Both the position numbers and the translations under genes were made by a program. A DNA stretch of 64,000 nt from assembly GCA_050084515.1 (NCBI GenBank), contig CM114271.1, forward strand, positions 32,798,001 through 32,862,000, read 5' to 3'. Position 1 is the stretch's first letter. Every line of letters begins with the position of its first letter. The DNA comes from Blasia pusilla. Taxonomy: Eukaryota. Below are positions 50,700 through 64,000 of this stretch, in pieces. The notes beneath the pieces are model-generated. The model did no database searches. It was not told where the DNA came from and saw only the letters and a program-made list of their open reading frames with translations.

Positions 50700-53600
50700 A
50701 GGCGCCATCAATGGTGTGTGAAGTGCCTCCAATAATGAGAAAGAATTGGTAATCTTAGCCTATTGCCTATCCTTCCCCTCCCTATGGTTTGATCACTCTT
50801 ATATTGCACCAAGTCACCATAACAATAACCTGAACTTATGTTGCACTACACATAAATCCCATACAATATAAATCCTCCTTTGTATTATGATACTATGTCA
50901 AGGCTAAAGCTGAAGTAATCAATCCTTGATAGTGTCAACATCATAGCCATAACCCTCTTCTCCAACCAATCAATATGGATGAGGAGCGTTGCCTCATACG
51001 CACATCCTTCGACCCGTTTGATTTGCATAGTTGCCACACATAAAGTCCATATCTGCATACTTTTCCACGTCCATGCTATAAATTTTTCCGGTATCACATG
51101 TCGTGCATCCGTGCTCCCATACCCCCACCACCTTGTCCTTGCATCTTGTCCCACACCACGTTACATGTCCCTTTGATTTGCCACCCATCCCCATGCCTTA
51201 CCACATGCGCAAAGGGGGGACAGGGATGCGGGTGGTGGGGTGTGATGACCTATCACAACATCCCTCTCACACTCAGCCTCACACTCCCATTCCCATGCCC
51301 AGCCCTTGCACAATCGATATGCGTACCTGAAAAAATCAGGCATAGGGATGAGATGGCAAGTCCATAGACTTGCTCGTTTGCATGCAACCTTGTTGATTGG
51401 CGGTGGAGTTGTACCACGTACCCCAGCAAAAAAATCCTCAACTTCCACCAACTCTATCGGCCTCGGGCCTTGGTCTACCTCTTGACGCATCTCTTGGTCA
51501 CACTCCCAATACTTATTCCTTATATAAACATATTTGTGAAAAGGATTATATTGTGATAGTGATGGGACCATCCAAGGTAGCTCTTGAGCAATGTGAGGTG
51601 AGGCACCTGTTGGCCTCCACCATGTTTTCTATAGTCCCCCTTCTTGTGGGATCCACCATACATGCAACAAACTAATTGTCTCTGTGTGAACCAACATATT
51701 TTTGTATGGGTTGTTGCAACCTGGGATCACTTTGATGCCTACTTTGCTCTCTCGACACATTAACTTTCTCTTGTGGCAATGTTGTACGCTAGGGAACCTA
51801 TGGGGTTATCAACATATGTGGATCCCTTGGCTCTCATAGGAATCTTGTGGTCATCACATGCTCCTCACTAATATTAAGCTCAATCCACTCAAACAACTAG
51901 AAGACCATCTTCAATAGGGTTTCATCATGTCCATCAAATATTGCATCCAAAAATCTCCTCTACAACTCTTGATCTAGGACCTCATACCAATATTGAATTG
52001 TCTATACCTTTATCACTTTGTGAAGTGCAATGACAAGCAACCACATGCGCATGAAATCCTTACATAAACTCTCACTAAATCTCTATTGAAATCCCTTAGA
52101 CTCTTCAGCTTGTCGGTCCGCACATCCTAGTAGTTCCTCCCCAAATCTCGCAAGAACTCCAATGTAGGACTAGAACTAGATGGCTCTCTTTCCCAAAAGG
52201 TCTCTATCATCTTAGTAAGATCAATCAAATTATCTCCATCTAGTCAATCCTTGAGCTAATCGTGTGGATCTAGTCTCTCTCACTGCCTCAAGCCTCAATG
52301 TATGTATCCTATATAGTGGATACATACCTTAGAGCCCAATATACCCTCTAAGCATCAATCTCTATAGCGTTTAAAGACCAAAAATCCTCATCATCATCCA
52401 TATGAGATCCCTCCAAATGTTGGAAAAAACCCTCCAAGCCATGAAAAGTTTGAACTATGTAGGGGCTCGTATATGCTAGAAATCATACCACTTATGAGAA
52501 TCCTTGATGAAGTCATATAAGTCAATTTTTCCAACCGCTTTTGAGAACCATCATATGCCCCCATAGCTCATGTCATCCAGGTCTCTTTACACAAGGATAT
52601 CTTCATTTGCAATCTCGCCACTAGCCTTGTTTTCTGATGATGAAGATCCAACCATGAACATGTGTCTGGATGGTTTCACACTTTGAACCCTCAATACCTC
52701 ACTCCATCTTGCAGAACTCCTCCAAAATTGCTCAAATTGGTAACTTGAACACATACGATATCATTCCTCAACAGAATAAAAAAATTAGTGCTCTACGCAA
52801 TGAAGCAACCTCCACGACACAAAAATTTTCTCAAACAACTAGTCAACCTCTAATCAATAGATACAGATTACCCGTTGGCATTGGCGCATACATGATATCA
52901 CCACCTAGCACCTTAAGCACCACATTGCAAATCATTATTGTCGATCATTCATCTCAACTCAAGTCAGCATAATACTAGTGAGTTCGCACTTAATTGAAAA
53001 CTCTCAATGGGCTTGTGCATCTTCCCACAAATCAAGATGATGAATGGAAGTTCAAAGTTGCAAGAAACTCTCCTACTAGTCTAAAAATCTCTTAGGGCTG
53101 CAAAGTGTCTATCAAGAAACACTTGACCAAAAAAACTTGTATGACGTTCTTGACCTCAAATGACTATCTAGTTCAACTCAATCCTTTAGCTTTGGTGCAC
53201 CCCAAGTAAGAGCAAGAGGAGCTTGAAGAAAATGTGACTCAAATGACATATTTGTTTCAGGCTTCTCTTACCAAGTAAGAATTTCCATTGAGTGTGTTCG
53301 CCTACCTATGCCACCCTGTTAGCTCACCTCATCATTGTGCGCCATCCTAGTATTAACATTAACCTTGTGCTACACCACGGTTGTGTTGCCCAATTGTAGT
53401 TTCTTACCCCTTTGCTACGTCTTAACTCACATGTGGCTATACCCATACTTATAGTCGATTCCCCACTCCAATATTTTGGGTACCTTGACAACCCCTTACC
53501 TTGCAGATTTACTTGGTTACCCTTCCCAATGGCTAAATTTTCAACCTAAAATCTTCTATCTTTGGATCTCCATCTCCTTCTCGTGTGCTCTTGATATTTG

Positions 53601-53950
53601 CTATAGGTTCCAACCCACTACATTTGAGTGTTGCTCCCCAATACTTTGAGATTACCCGAAATCCTTTTGCTACCATCACAGATCTAAAAAGAACATGCAA
53701 CGCTTCCATGCAAGACCTTCCAACCAAAAAAACTACAACATCTCAAGAGGATCTCCAACAAGGAAACTCAATCACATGCCCATATGCACGCAACAAACTC
53801 CCCCTTTCCCATAACCGTCTTTCTCATGTAAAATCCAACTCCACTCTCGATTCGACATGTGTTCATCAAGCCACATCCACACGACACTCTAGGGGAATCC
53901 AAAATCTAGCACCCATGCTCCTACCAAACCCTAAAAGGATGACTACTTCA
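50700..53950 (-). mobile_element. Heavily decayed 5' half (leader, gag, protease region) of a relative of the element at 17495
   Basis: The reverse complement near 52400-52540 (KIDLYDFIKDSHKWYD..FMAW..FQHLEG) matches gag at 19830-19985. Leader similarity to ~17950 and ~18360. Confidence 0.65.
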
Positions 53951-55449
53951 GAGGCTCAATATGAGAAAGGTGGATAGTGAAAACCATATCCCTGAATTTT
54001 ACACCCTTGGGAAGAGCCAAAAGGGCTCTTCCCGCAAAAGTAGTGCAAAACACTAATCTACACACACAGATTATCGTGTGACCGTTAACTTGGTCAATGG
54101 GGTACCTCGCCCACACTTGCAAAAGAGAGGGGATGTCCATAGCAAAGATCTAAATGCAATGGAAATTTCTCCAACTTCATCTAACGAGTGAGGAAAAAAT
54201 TATGTCAAAATGACCCGTTGACTCCCTACGCCATTGATTCGATATAACTCCACATGTCAACCAAATATGAAGTGCCAATGACTACCAATCACTATATATG
54301 CATCTTAGAGAAAAAATCTAAACGTAACCATATCACTCGACCTTTCCTTCATATCACACGTCTTACGGATTATGGTCGGAAAGAGACAATGGTCAATCAT
54401 AGGATGGCGAAATAGGGACGAAAATCACGTATGGAAAACAAAGAAAAAAAGTGGCAGAAGCCGATTGGACAACACATAAAACCCCAGAAAATGGATGAGT
54501 TGACTAAATCCGCCCTTTTTGCTTTCTTTAAAATATACTACACTCCCTAAAAAAAGGTCAACTCACTAAATCTTCCCTATCATTCTTTTAATTCCATTAC
54601 CATCCTAAAGAAGGGTCAACTCAAGAAATATTACCTAACTTGGAAAACCTGCTCTAAAAAATGGTCAACTCCCACCAAAAACACTTTTTTTACTTTCGTG
54701 CCGCTAAAATACCCAATTTCACTTGCCCCTTTAAATAGCTATTTACAAAAACAATTTTAATTCCCATTTAGAAGGCGACTATGGAAGTCCTATGAGAATA
54801 AATTTCGCCCATACTTGTCATTCTCCTACAAGAGATGTGACAATGATATGAGAGAGCTTTTACTTGCACATGTTGTGTAAAATTTATTAATATCATAATT
54901 TAAATAAGTAAAATATTTTTTTCAACAATGCCTCCATCATGGCTACCAAAATTTTATGAAAGGAGACCACAACCAACCCTAAAAAGAGACAAAATTTTCC
55001 GACCGACTGCTTATCATGAAAGGTGAAATGGTGAAATCCTACAAAATTGAAACATAGTATCAATAAATTAATTTAAGTGATTCCAAAAAGATGTAATTTG
55101 TTAATGTTGATCAATTTTTAAGATGATTGTAAAAATTTTGACGATGTTCCAAGCCCATCTTTTGGGCAATATTCATGTTTTTCTTTATATCTAAAATATG
55201 TAACCAATAGCAAAAGTCATTACCTTCGATCTCCCGAGTTTACAAGTTTACATCCAAACCTAGTTATCTTCTGATCATCACTTCAACAAGCTAGATCCTA
55301 TGGGGATTTTCCAATTTCGAGATGGTCTGTAGAAAAGAGAAACTTTTTACCATATCTTTCTTTTGCAAGTTCTAACCTTTGCAATGGCTCCACTTTACAA
55401 ACACTCCCACAAGTTGCCCAAAATATCACCTTATTTTTAGATCATAAAA

Positions 55450-56175
55450 TTTTGTTTTTTATCCTCTAGTTTCATTCCATATCTTCTCTTCTTGTTTTGC
55501 CAAACATTTGGGATATCTCTCAAGGACCAAGTGCAAGATTGAGGAGAATGAACAAGAGATTTTATAACAAAATTTGATGATTTGATGGATTTTCGTTGCC
55601 ATCAGGAAAATCAAATAAGCACCACATGTGTCAATCATAATCAATAGTGGGATGCCCAATTCAAAATTTGCTATAGAATAGACATGAATTTTAAGAAAAT
55701 ATTGCATAAAATTCGAGTAACCAATCATCTCCTACCCTTCTATGATCCCAAAGTAAGGAGCCTACAAGTGTAAGAAGACTAATAATGTCTTATATCCTTT
55801 AAGCGCACCATGAATAATTTATCCAACCATGACTCTTCTTGGTTGATTTTGTTTGGGGGTCTGGATATTATTTTGGTGGACTTCGCCACTAGCTCCACTA
55901 AAAAGAAAAAGGATTTTCTCCCTCTCTTGTTCTCTTAAGTCAAGATTCAAATCTTCTTTGATGGAAGCCCCTTTTAACGTAGTGTTTAGAACCACCATAT
56001 CCACTAGAGATAAAAGTTGAGAGATGTATTTTTCTCTTACTATGTTAAGGGACATGCTTTTGGGTTTAAGCCTTACCCCTCATTCCAACATTCCATTTCA
56101 CACCAATTACACTTACTATAACAATCTGGTTTTAATTGGCCTTCCCAAATGTCCATGGTTGGTTGAACTTGGTTC
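55450..56175 (-). pseudogene. Decayed hAT transposase fragment (BED-finger-like N-terminus)
   Basis: Translation gives PWTFG..KCNWCEMEC..PKACP, followed by a TPKQNQP linker similar to the region upstream of the core at 560-720. Confidence 0.45.
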
Positions 56176-58350
56176 AATACATTGTAATTGTGTTAGAAGT
56201 GTAGCCTTACCTAAGATCCATTTTTCATGTTGTCCAATTAGAGATAATACGAAAGTCATCTTACAATCTTGTGTGAAAGGGCACCTTTGATGTGTAGAAA
56301 TAGAGTTTATATTGTACGCAAAATTATCTCATTCAAACTTATATGTATATTACACAATAGGCTAATATGGTGGTTTCTAGCTAGAGTGATTGTTAGAAAC
56401 CACATGCACGACATAATACGCACACATATGATTTCACAAAGAAGACTGCTACCAAGGAATGGAAGTGGAGGTGAGTAAGAATATCGAAATTTACTATTGG
56501 GATTGGGATCTCTAGCACTAGCATTGCACAAGCTTAAAGAATGCCTCAAAAGTCCATAACAATATCATTTAACCTTATTGCTCTCAAGTTAGCAATAATA
56601 TAGTTGAATGATATTGCTATTCAAAAAATATAGTGGTTAGGACCGTGAGGGACCATACGATGCACATATCCTTGTAATTCAATATATTTATACATATTAT
56701 ATACGTGCCACGCGTCGAAAATTCCCAAGTTCAAAAAGACACTCGTTGAATTCTGAAGTTGTCGACATTCCAAAGTCCTCCTCAAACAATGATATTACTA
56801 TTTTTCTCTCTACAACATAATAGCCAAAATTAAAGGACATGGACACATATGGAAGAAAAACCCATCATACCTCTTAGGAAGAGCCCCATAGATCTCAATA
56901 GCCAATGGGACAAAGGAATATCTATCATGATGATGATTGTGGAGTTGAATTTTAAAATGTAGAGGTCGTCCCCTCTCCCCCTTGCGTGTAGCAATATCCC
57001 TTACACAACTAGGTATATTAGCATTGACTCAAGCATAGAAGTTTTAAGTACCCTATTGGCCGCCGCCACTACATCAAATCCCTCTGTCATCTAGAAAGTT
57101 TCCCGATTGAGAGTCGTAGAAAAAGCAATGTCACTCTCTTTGTAAGGTAATATCCTGGTTAACATTCTTAAGTGCCTATCCTCTACTTTAGATGGATTCC
57201 CGCACATGCTCTTTTAATTTATTGTTATCTTTTTGTCTTTTCCAATCAAATCTACCTTTATTAAACATGTAATAACAAGATTCACACGTATGAATAAACT
57301 GCCACTTTATTGTGTAAACAAACCTCGAGCCCCAAGAGAGAAGGAAAGTGGAAAACAACCCAAGAGGTGAAGGAGACAAGCAATAGTTGAAAAAAATATG
57401 ACACGAACACTAATGGTTCATCAAATATGAATGTTCTTTGAGATGAGTGGCCACCAACCACTTTAGTTTGATGTATTGATCCCAATGTTTGCACCCATCG
57501 TAACACCATAAAGACCCTTTTATCGATAATAAGGATCGATAACAAAGTGAGGCTAACTACGAGAAGGAGTAAGTCAATGATTCTTGAGGTAAGCACAACA
57601 TATCTTCTTTGAGGAATATATCAAAAGATGTATGTAAGCACCCGAAAACCTCCACTAAAAAAAGGGATAAAGCCATGACTTAACTCCTTAATTCTTATTA
57701 TTATTTCATAATGTGCAAAACCTTTTGTATGTACCGTCACCAATACATGAAATGACATGATGTAAGATTAACTACCACCACATGACCAAATAGACAAAAA
57801 CCAATTCAAACAACGAGATGTTATTGAAGATAGAAGATATATTGTTTAAGATAGAAAATATATTCTTTCTCCGAAAACAAGATAGAGAATGAGATATCCA
57901 TTTTCATTCACAAAATAATCTCTCTACTTACTCTTTCATTATATTTTTTCTCCAAAACAAAACTCCTTTACTAGACACTTGAGAACATGATATCCCCTCT
58001 TTGGGCCGGATCTCATGGGCGCTCGCGCATCGTCGTGAACATGTGACACTACCAAAAACAAACTCCTACACCTCCCAAGAAACAAACGCCCGTGAATAAC
58101 TCTCGAAACATAACCAAAGTAGTCTAATATACAATACAAATTCCAAAGGTTCACAAAACCGATCCCTCCCAGATTTTATGGCGCGTAAATCCTCCTCCAT
58201 TTTGGGCGCCCATAAGATGCCGCCCTATGCCATAACAATCAACCAAGGCCGCTCATGTCCTAGCAAGTTGCGCCTTATGATTTAAAAAAAACGACCTCGG
58301 TAAAAAAATGGGTGATAATAAAAACTCATCAAAGATATGAAAGAAAAGAA

Positions 58351-58583
58351 TCGACCGAAAACAGAGTCGAGTGTGTGAAGGCCGACGGATAAAAAGTCAA
58401 GTGCGCAAAGGCCGACCGAAGAAGAGTCGAGTGTGTGAAGGCCGACCGAAAAAGAGTGGAGTACGTGAAGGCCCATCGAAGATGAGTCGAGTGTGTGAAG
58501 GCCGACCGAAGAAGAGTGGAGTACATGTAGGCGGAGCGAAAAAGAGTCGAGTACGTGAAGGCCGAGCAGAAAAGAGTCGAGTA
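58351..58583. repeat. 30-bp minisatellite, about 7.7 copies
   Basis: Consensus GCCGACCGAAGAAGAGTCGAGTGTGTGAAG at an exact 30-bp period. Confidence 0.95.
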
Positions 58584-61514
58584 AAGGCGAGACGCGAGAG
58601 GCTTCCCTGACCGATGCCGGAATGACACAACAACACCCGGATGAACAACACGTGGGCTCCGATGGAACATGGGCGTAAGGCCGTCCGTCTCCACGACGAC
58701 GGAGGGATCTCCCTTCCTCCTCCCAATCGCTCGAATTGCGTGAGGTGCAACGAAAGACGGTCGGACTAAAATCGGCTGTTATGCCTTGTGCCAATTGCAA
58801 GAGGTTCCAGAATGACAAGAAATGGCGACACTCCTCGTACTCATTAAGGCCACGGTTGCCTATTTTTCAGACACGGAGAAAATTCTCCAGACAAGAAGAG
58901 GTCAGGGCATCTCAACTAATTAGATGCCGAAGCAATGCCTTAAAGGAGCAGAGACATGAGCTTTGAACGAAAAGAGGAGCGCATCGCAAAAATAGCCCCA
59001 AAGCTCGTAACCATGTGTCTCAGCCATGTGTCCGGAAAGGTAAAATTAGTGAGGTTGAGGTAAGCAGGACGCCATCAGATCTAGTGGAGCAAAGCAGGCA
59101 GACATCGAGGGAGTGAGCGAATCGCAGTCGCCTTGACCGGCGACTGCGATCGAGAGCGAGAGTCCATTGGCGGAACGGGAGCCTTGGAGGGATCTGCACT
59201 GTGGAAAGCGGTGACATCACGGCCGGTGTCACCTAAATTGCCCTACGTTCTTAAAACAATTGCGAGCTATTCGGCAGGATAATGCCTACCTGTTTGTTTG
59301 TTGTATGTACGCATAGCACACGTCCAGTTTATGGCCGCCCTCCTCCAAGAGATGACCACTTGTCAGGACAAGAAATGCGACATTGTCGCAGAAGGCACCA
59401 CCACAGTATGAAGCACTGTTCACTGCTGATGCACGCAAGATGTCACTGGCAGTGACAAATATCCTTTTTAAGCGAGTCCAGGCTCCGTGATGTTTATCTG
59501 GAGACATCCGATCGATGCCAATGACGGGGCGTCAGTGTTTGTGCGGAGCGGCCATCATCTGCTGTGTTTGCTAGCAGATTATGATCCGGCGAGCAGGCGG
59601 GTCCGGGGAAGATGCCGTTGTCACACCCCTTTCGCTCCGCTCACCAACTGCGCAACAGCTGACCGGACCTCACCTGACGATCTCGTAAGGGGGACGTCAC
59701 GGCTCCGATTCGCAATTGGACCTCCGGTGGCGGCGAGCGGTCGATGCTTTCGGGGACAAGCACACACACACACACGCGGAACGAGAGGAGAGCGGGGAGG
59801 TTTTAGGGTTTGGGGCCCCGATCCACGAACGAATCGGAGCCTCGTCGTCGGCAGACACTTGGCACTTTGTGGCGCAGATCGGAGGTCGTGAGGAACATCA
59901 CGGAAGCTCGTCAAGTGCGATCGGCGCTGGATTCATGCTCGACTTTCGGATGCGGTTCTCTTGCTCGAGTTCGATCGAGGCCCGCAGGAGGGGAGGGGAG
60001 GGGGTTCGCATGTACCTTCTCGGACCCGACCATAACTCATTGAATTGACTAGCATTTTCTGTGCGATCCTTTCGGGAAGGCAATCGGCCATGGTCAGCGG
60101 CGCACAACTCGAACGCGAGTAGGGAAGGTGAATGAGTGGTTTTCGTCTTTTGGGCCCAATAATGCTCCTTCAAACATGGTCACAGTGCGCACCCATCCAT
60201 GGAACAAAATTGCGCCCCCTACCCCTACACCCCTATCGCTCGCCCACGAGGAGAGCAAGCGAGGGAGTAAAGCCAGCCAGCGTTCCTCCCAAGGAGGCGC
60301 TAGATTTGGAGAAATTATGACAAATTCTTGGGCACGAAACCTGTGGCACATTCTACCACGGACTCCGTTTGTTGAATGGGTAACTCGAATTCTTTGGTAC
60401 GCTAGATTTTGGGTTTCCTAAGCCAGGTTCAAGATCAATAAATGGCCATGCGTTAGCCGTGTGCTTCAATGTAATCGACCTCTGTATCGAATAGTGCTTT
60501 GTATGGTGCTCTGGTGGACTGACTGGTTTTGTAGCGAGGCGATAACAACTGACTGATGAGATCATAGTCATCGTCAGCATCCATTCCGTCACACGGTAGA
60601 ATTCTGCCCGACCTCCGTCGAGCAATTTCGATTTTACTCCTCCAACTTCCCCGATCGCTTTCTTGCCTGCTTTGCATATGTGCTGCTGCCTTTTTGCATG
60701 AGGAGAGAATCGAACGTCATGAATGATATCTTCTGACCCCATTTGGACCTGGCTGCTCTTCCGAATCTATATCCTGCTTCTCCACAGAATGTGACGATGA
60801 TGATGATATCCACAGAAAGTGATGACGATCATGCGTTGGCTTTCATGTGCACATGCTCCTCCGGCCCTACATACGGGGTAACCATCTTCACAAAGCGACG
60901 AATGTACCGTGCCCCTGCACCACGAGTGTTTCTCCGGCCCTTATGAGATCTGACAGCACGCATGTGGATTTCTAATTCCCTTGCAACGACCTCACTGCTG
61001 TTGTTTTAACTGATAGTAAAGCCCCCCCTCCCTCCCCTCCTCTTCTGCCACTGTTTGCCTGGGACCACCCGGAGGGGACTGACTCTGACGACGACTCGAA
61101 GTGAAGAAGATCGATCAGTCAAGAAAAACGTCTTCGGTGTCCGTTTGGAAGGAAGCTCGTGGCCGTTTCTTCAAGGCGTAGATTTGATCGAGAAAATCGG
61201 GAGGGAGAAGCATGCACCTGACAAAATCACTTCTCTGACCCCTCAACAAATTAGACCGCGCACTACTGTGGTCAAAGGCCGCTTCGTGCCAATCCTGTCA
61301 ACAGCACTCACTGCACAGTCTCCGGACCCGACCACTCTGATGGATCCACAGACGGACGGTCCGACTCGTCGCAAGAAAAAAGCGCCTTCTTCTATGTCAA
61401 TTTCCACAAACTGTCCACTTATGCATCACTCCTCGACGGATGAACCTCTCCTACTTCATTTCCGACCTGATGGACACAATTTCTCCACCTAAACACATTT
61501 CTCAGTTATTAAGT

Positions 61515-61925
61515 CGGTCTCCGGTCTCGAAGACTCGAATCCTCCACCTGGTTACATTTCGCATTCTATTTCCAGTCTCAAAGACTCGAGTCCTCCTCCC
61601 AGCTAGATCATAGACCGGACGACTCAACACTCGTCACACTTCTTATTTAATTTCCGATCTCATGTACACGAATCCTCTGCCGCGAAACACTTCTTATTGA
61701 ATTACCGGTCTGAAGTGCACGAATCCTGCAACCAGAAATATTTCTTAGTCAATTTCCGGTCTCGTAGCAACAATCCCCCTGCGCACTTGGTTACACCAGA
61801 AAGAGAGGATTAACGCATTGTGATTTAATTTCCAGTCTCTTAGGCACGAATCCTCCCCCTGGTTTACATTTCTTCTTTGATTTCCAGTCTCATAGCCACG
61901 AGTCCTCCACATACTCACGTTTCTT
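61515..61925. repeat. Degenerate ~52-bp tandem repeat, about 7 copies
   Basis: ATTTCCRGTCTC....CACGAATCCTC....ACAYTTCTT recurs, with two interruptions. Confidence 0.75.
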
Positions 61926-64000
61926 GTTCCATTTGTAATCAACCTCATGGCAACGGCCACCGAACAGTATCACATTTGCGGACAAGATCGCAACGTCGTT
62001 TGCGGAGGCGTGAGTGCACAATTGGTGTCCCCTATCTTGAGCGTCGATTCGCACTGCGCATTTCAATTTCCACCTTCGTAGGTCTACACACTCCGATCTT
62101 CTCCGATTTGCTGGTCCGCAGTCGCTGATCTCTCCGACACAAGTCATCCGATCGCAGGCGCGCACTCCGCCTCCGCCATCCGCCATCCGCCGTGCTCAGG
62201 ATCCTCGCTGCCATCGGAGAGCTCCACCGAACAGCAACAACCAAAACGCCGTTCAATAGGCGAAGAAGTTGTTGCACTAAAAATGTATGGCCTCCATGAC
62301 TTCGAGTTCACAGATGAGCCGAAATAAAACGACGAGTGCGGCGCAGGGACGAAACGCAGCGGAGCAGGCCCGAATTCTTCGGAATTCTGATCTCCATCGC
62401 CTCTCGAGATCAAACTGTGGAAAGCTTCGACGACCGCATTGCACATCCGGATTAGAAGAAGTCCTTCGAAGTACTGACCCTAATCTCGATCTTCTTGCCC
62501 TAAATCTCCTCCTAAATCTTTCTCCCTTTAGACGGCTCATAAAGTTATGGAACCCACAACGGTTTGCACAAATGTGGACTATGACAGCTGCCCATTTTCG
62601 AGGCAGTGAAGTGAGACTTCGGTTCTCCTTGGGATTCTTTTCTACGGTGTTTCAGTTTTTGTTTTCTTTCCTTAAGATCCTTCTTCCAACTTTCTCGAGA
62701 TCTTTGACCGAAATGGAAGAGAAAAAGCAAATAATTTCCGACTTTCATTTGACTTGACTAAAATTTGGATATTCTAGTTCGTCAATTTTTTTCAAAACAG
62801 CCTTAGACTTTTGTCGCTTTGGCTAATCTTTAGCTCTTTTCCCCTATATATAGTGAGAAAATCGGTTCTTTTCGATAATAATGTTTTCCATTTTGAGTAT
62901 TTAATGCACCCATTAGTAATTCGTTTCACTTACCCCAAACTTGGTATCCCAACTTCCAAAGTAAGTCAACACTAGAGATCATATCATTTCTCCAAACAAG
63001 ACACACACACACATCGTGTTATGATGAAGTGGACGTATAGATGGGGTGGCAATATTTTGGAAAGCAAATGCAAGGCTTGGACCATTATGGAGATATGATC
63101 GTGGCAGAAAGAAAAGATGGTGAGCAGAGTTTGGAATGAGTGTTCAGAAGGACTGAGAAAATTTCAGAAGGACTGAGAAATTGTAAGTTGAATTGTGATG
63201 GTGATATGTATATTTTTTAAGAATACTGCAATAGTGTGAAGTATGGTGTGCAAATTGATTGAAATTTATTGAAAGAATAGTTTATCATTGAACCTGAACT
63301 GATGGGGCTTTCCGATATTACCGAGTATTTGACAGTGAAATAAAATATCAAATGCAAAGTATTGAAAGAAAAAAAATTTTGTAATGATGCAATTTATTAC
63401 AAGAGAACCAAAGTCTGCAAGAAAGCCTGAATGAATTTCAAGTGAACTCAAAAAATATGTGTAAGTGCAGGGAGAAATCAAAATTTTCAGGAGTTCATAG
63501 TTTAGCCTTATAGTGATAGGAAGGCAATTGAAAATCTGCAAATTTATGTTTCAATAGGCAAAGAGAGTACTCTTGTACACTGGTAAGTAGATATATAAGT
63601 ACCTGCCCGGTAGTGTATTGGCACTGTATCTCTATACTAGTGATTTCATCCTCTATAGTCACGCAACATGGATTGGATCAAAGCTAACTGGAGTGACAAC
63701 TTAGGATTATTCTCTAGTAGAGGACATATGTCCTTTGCAAAATCAGAGAATTGGTCTCATGCTTCTTTCAACTGCTTCGTAATGCACTGAACTTCAGAGT
63801 ACTGATCCTGACTATCTTTTAGAGCAGAATTTAGCAAGCTATTGAGATGTTCTATCTCATTTGACATCTTCAGAATTTGGTCTTCAAGATGCTCAACTGT
63901 TCCTGAACCATGGTGATCAACAAAGTCATATGATGAGTGATTTGTGTCATGTTGAAATGACGCAGGTTTGTCATTGTATTGAACTCCTAAAGTGGAAGCA

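Noticed and set aside
58351-58583. CRISPR array (also considered for 61515-61925 and 7800-9590)
   Set aside because: The units are contiguous tandem repeats without unique spacers, there are no cas genes and the context is eukaryotic.
59000-62800. Protein-coding gene in the GC-rich block (telo-box-like TTAGGGTTT near 59802, scattered splice-like sites)
   Set aside because: I could not build a consistent exon chain or recognise a protein. It may still be genic or a transposon, and needs RNA data.
63870-63966. Possible exon EFGLQDAQLFLNHGDQQSHMMSDLCHVEMTQ|GT
   Set aside because: It is a single short candidate at the window edge with no recognisable homology.

Overview
This is eukaryotic DNA, most likely from a non-seed land plant (inferred from the transposon types and the methylation-type decay). 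It is AT-rich and dominated by nested, mostly decayed transposable elements. I could not recognise any intact protein-coding gene, rRNA, tRNA or CRISPR array. The main feature is an 8.1-kb Ty3/Gypsy-type retroelement (17495-25603) encoding gag, protease, RT, RNase H, a DDE integrase and a C-terminal PHD finger. It is flanked by a 4-bp TSD (ACTT) but lacks a normal LTR pair. Instead it has split direct repeats, A1-ORFs-B1-AC-A2-B2, the layout known from tyrosine-recombinase retroelements, and the internal B1/A2 junction looks like abutted element ends. Other elements are: a 324-bp solo relative with a 4-bp TSD; a 1-kb solo LTR with a 5-bp TSD and a related LTR plus putative PBS; decayed hAT transposases and three hAT-type MITEs; a 5'-truncated CRE-like (RLE) non-LTR element; three Helitron-type 3' ends; and two decayed copies of an unclassified repeat carrying a protein kinase, one of which also ends in a RING finger. 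There are also ~180-bp, 30-bp and ~52-bp tandem arrays and a GC-richer island (33.4-40.5 kb) with splice signals but no convincing ORF. All alignments and translations were done by eye.
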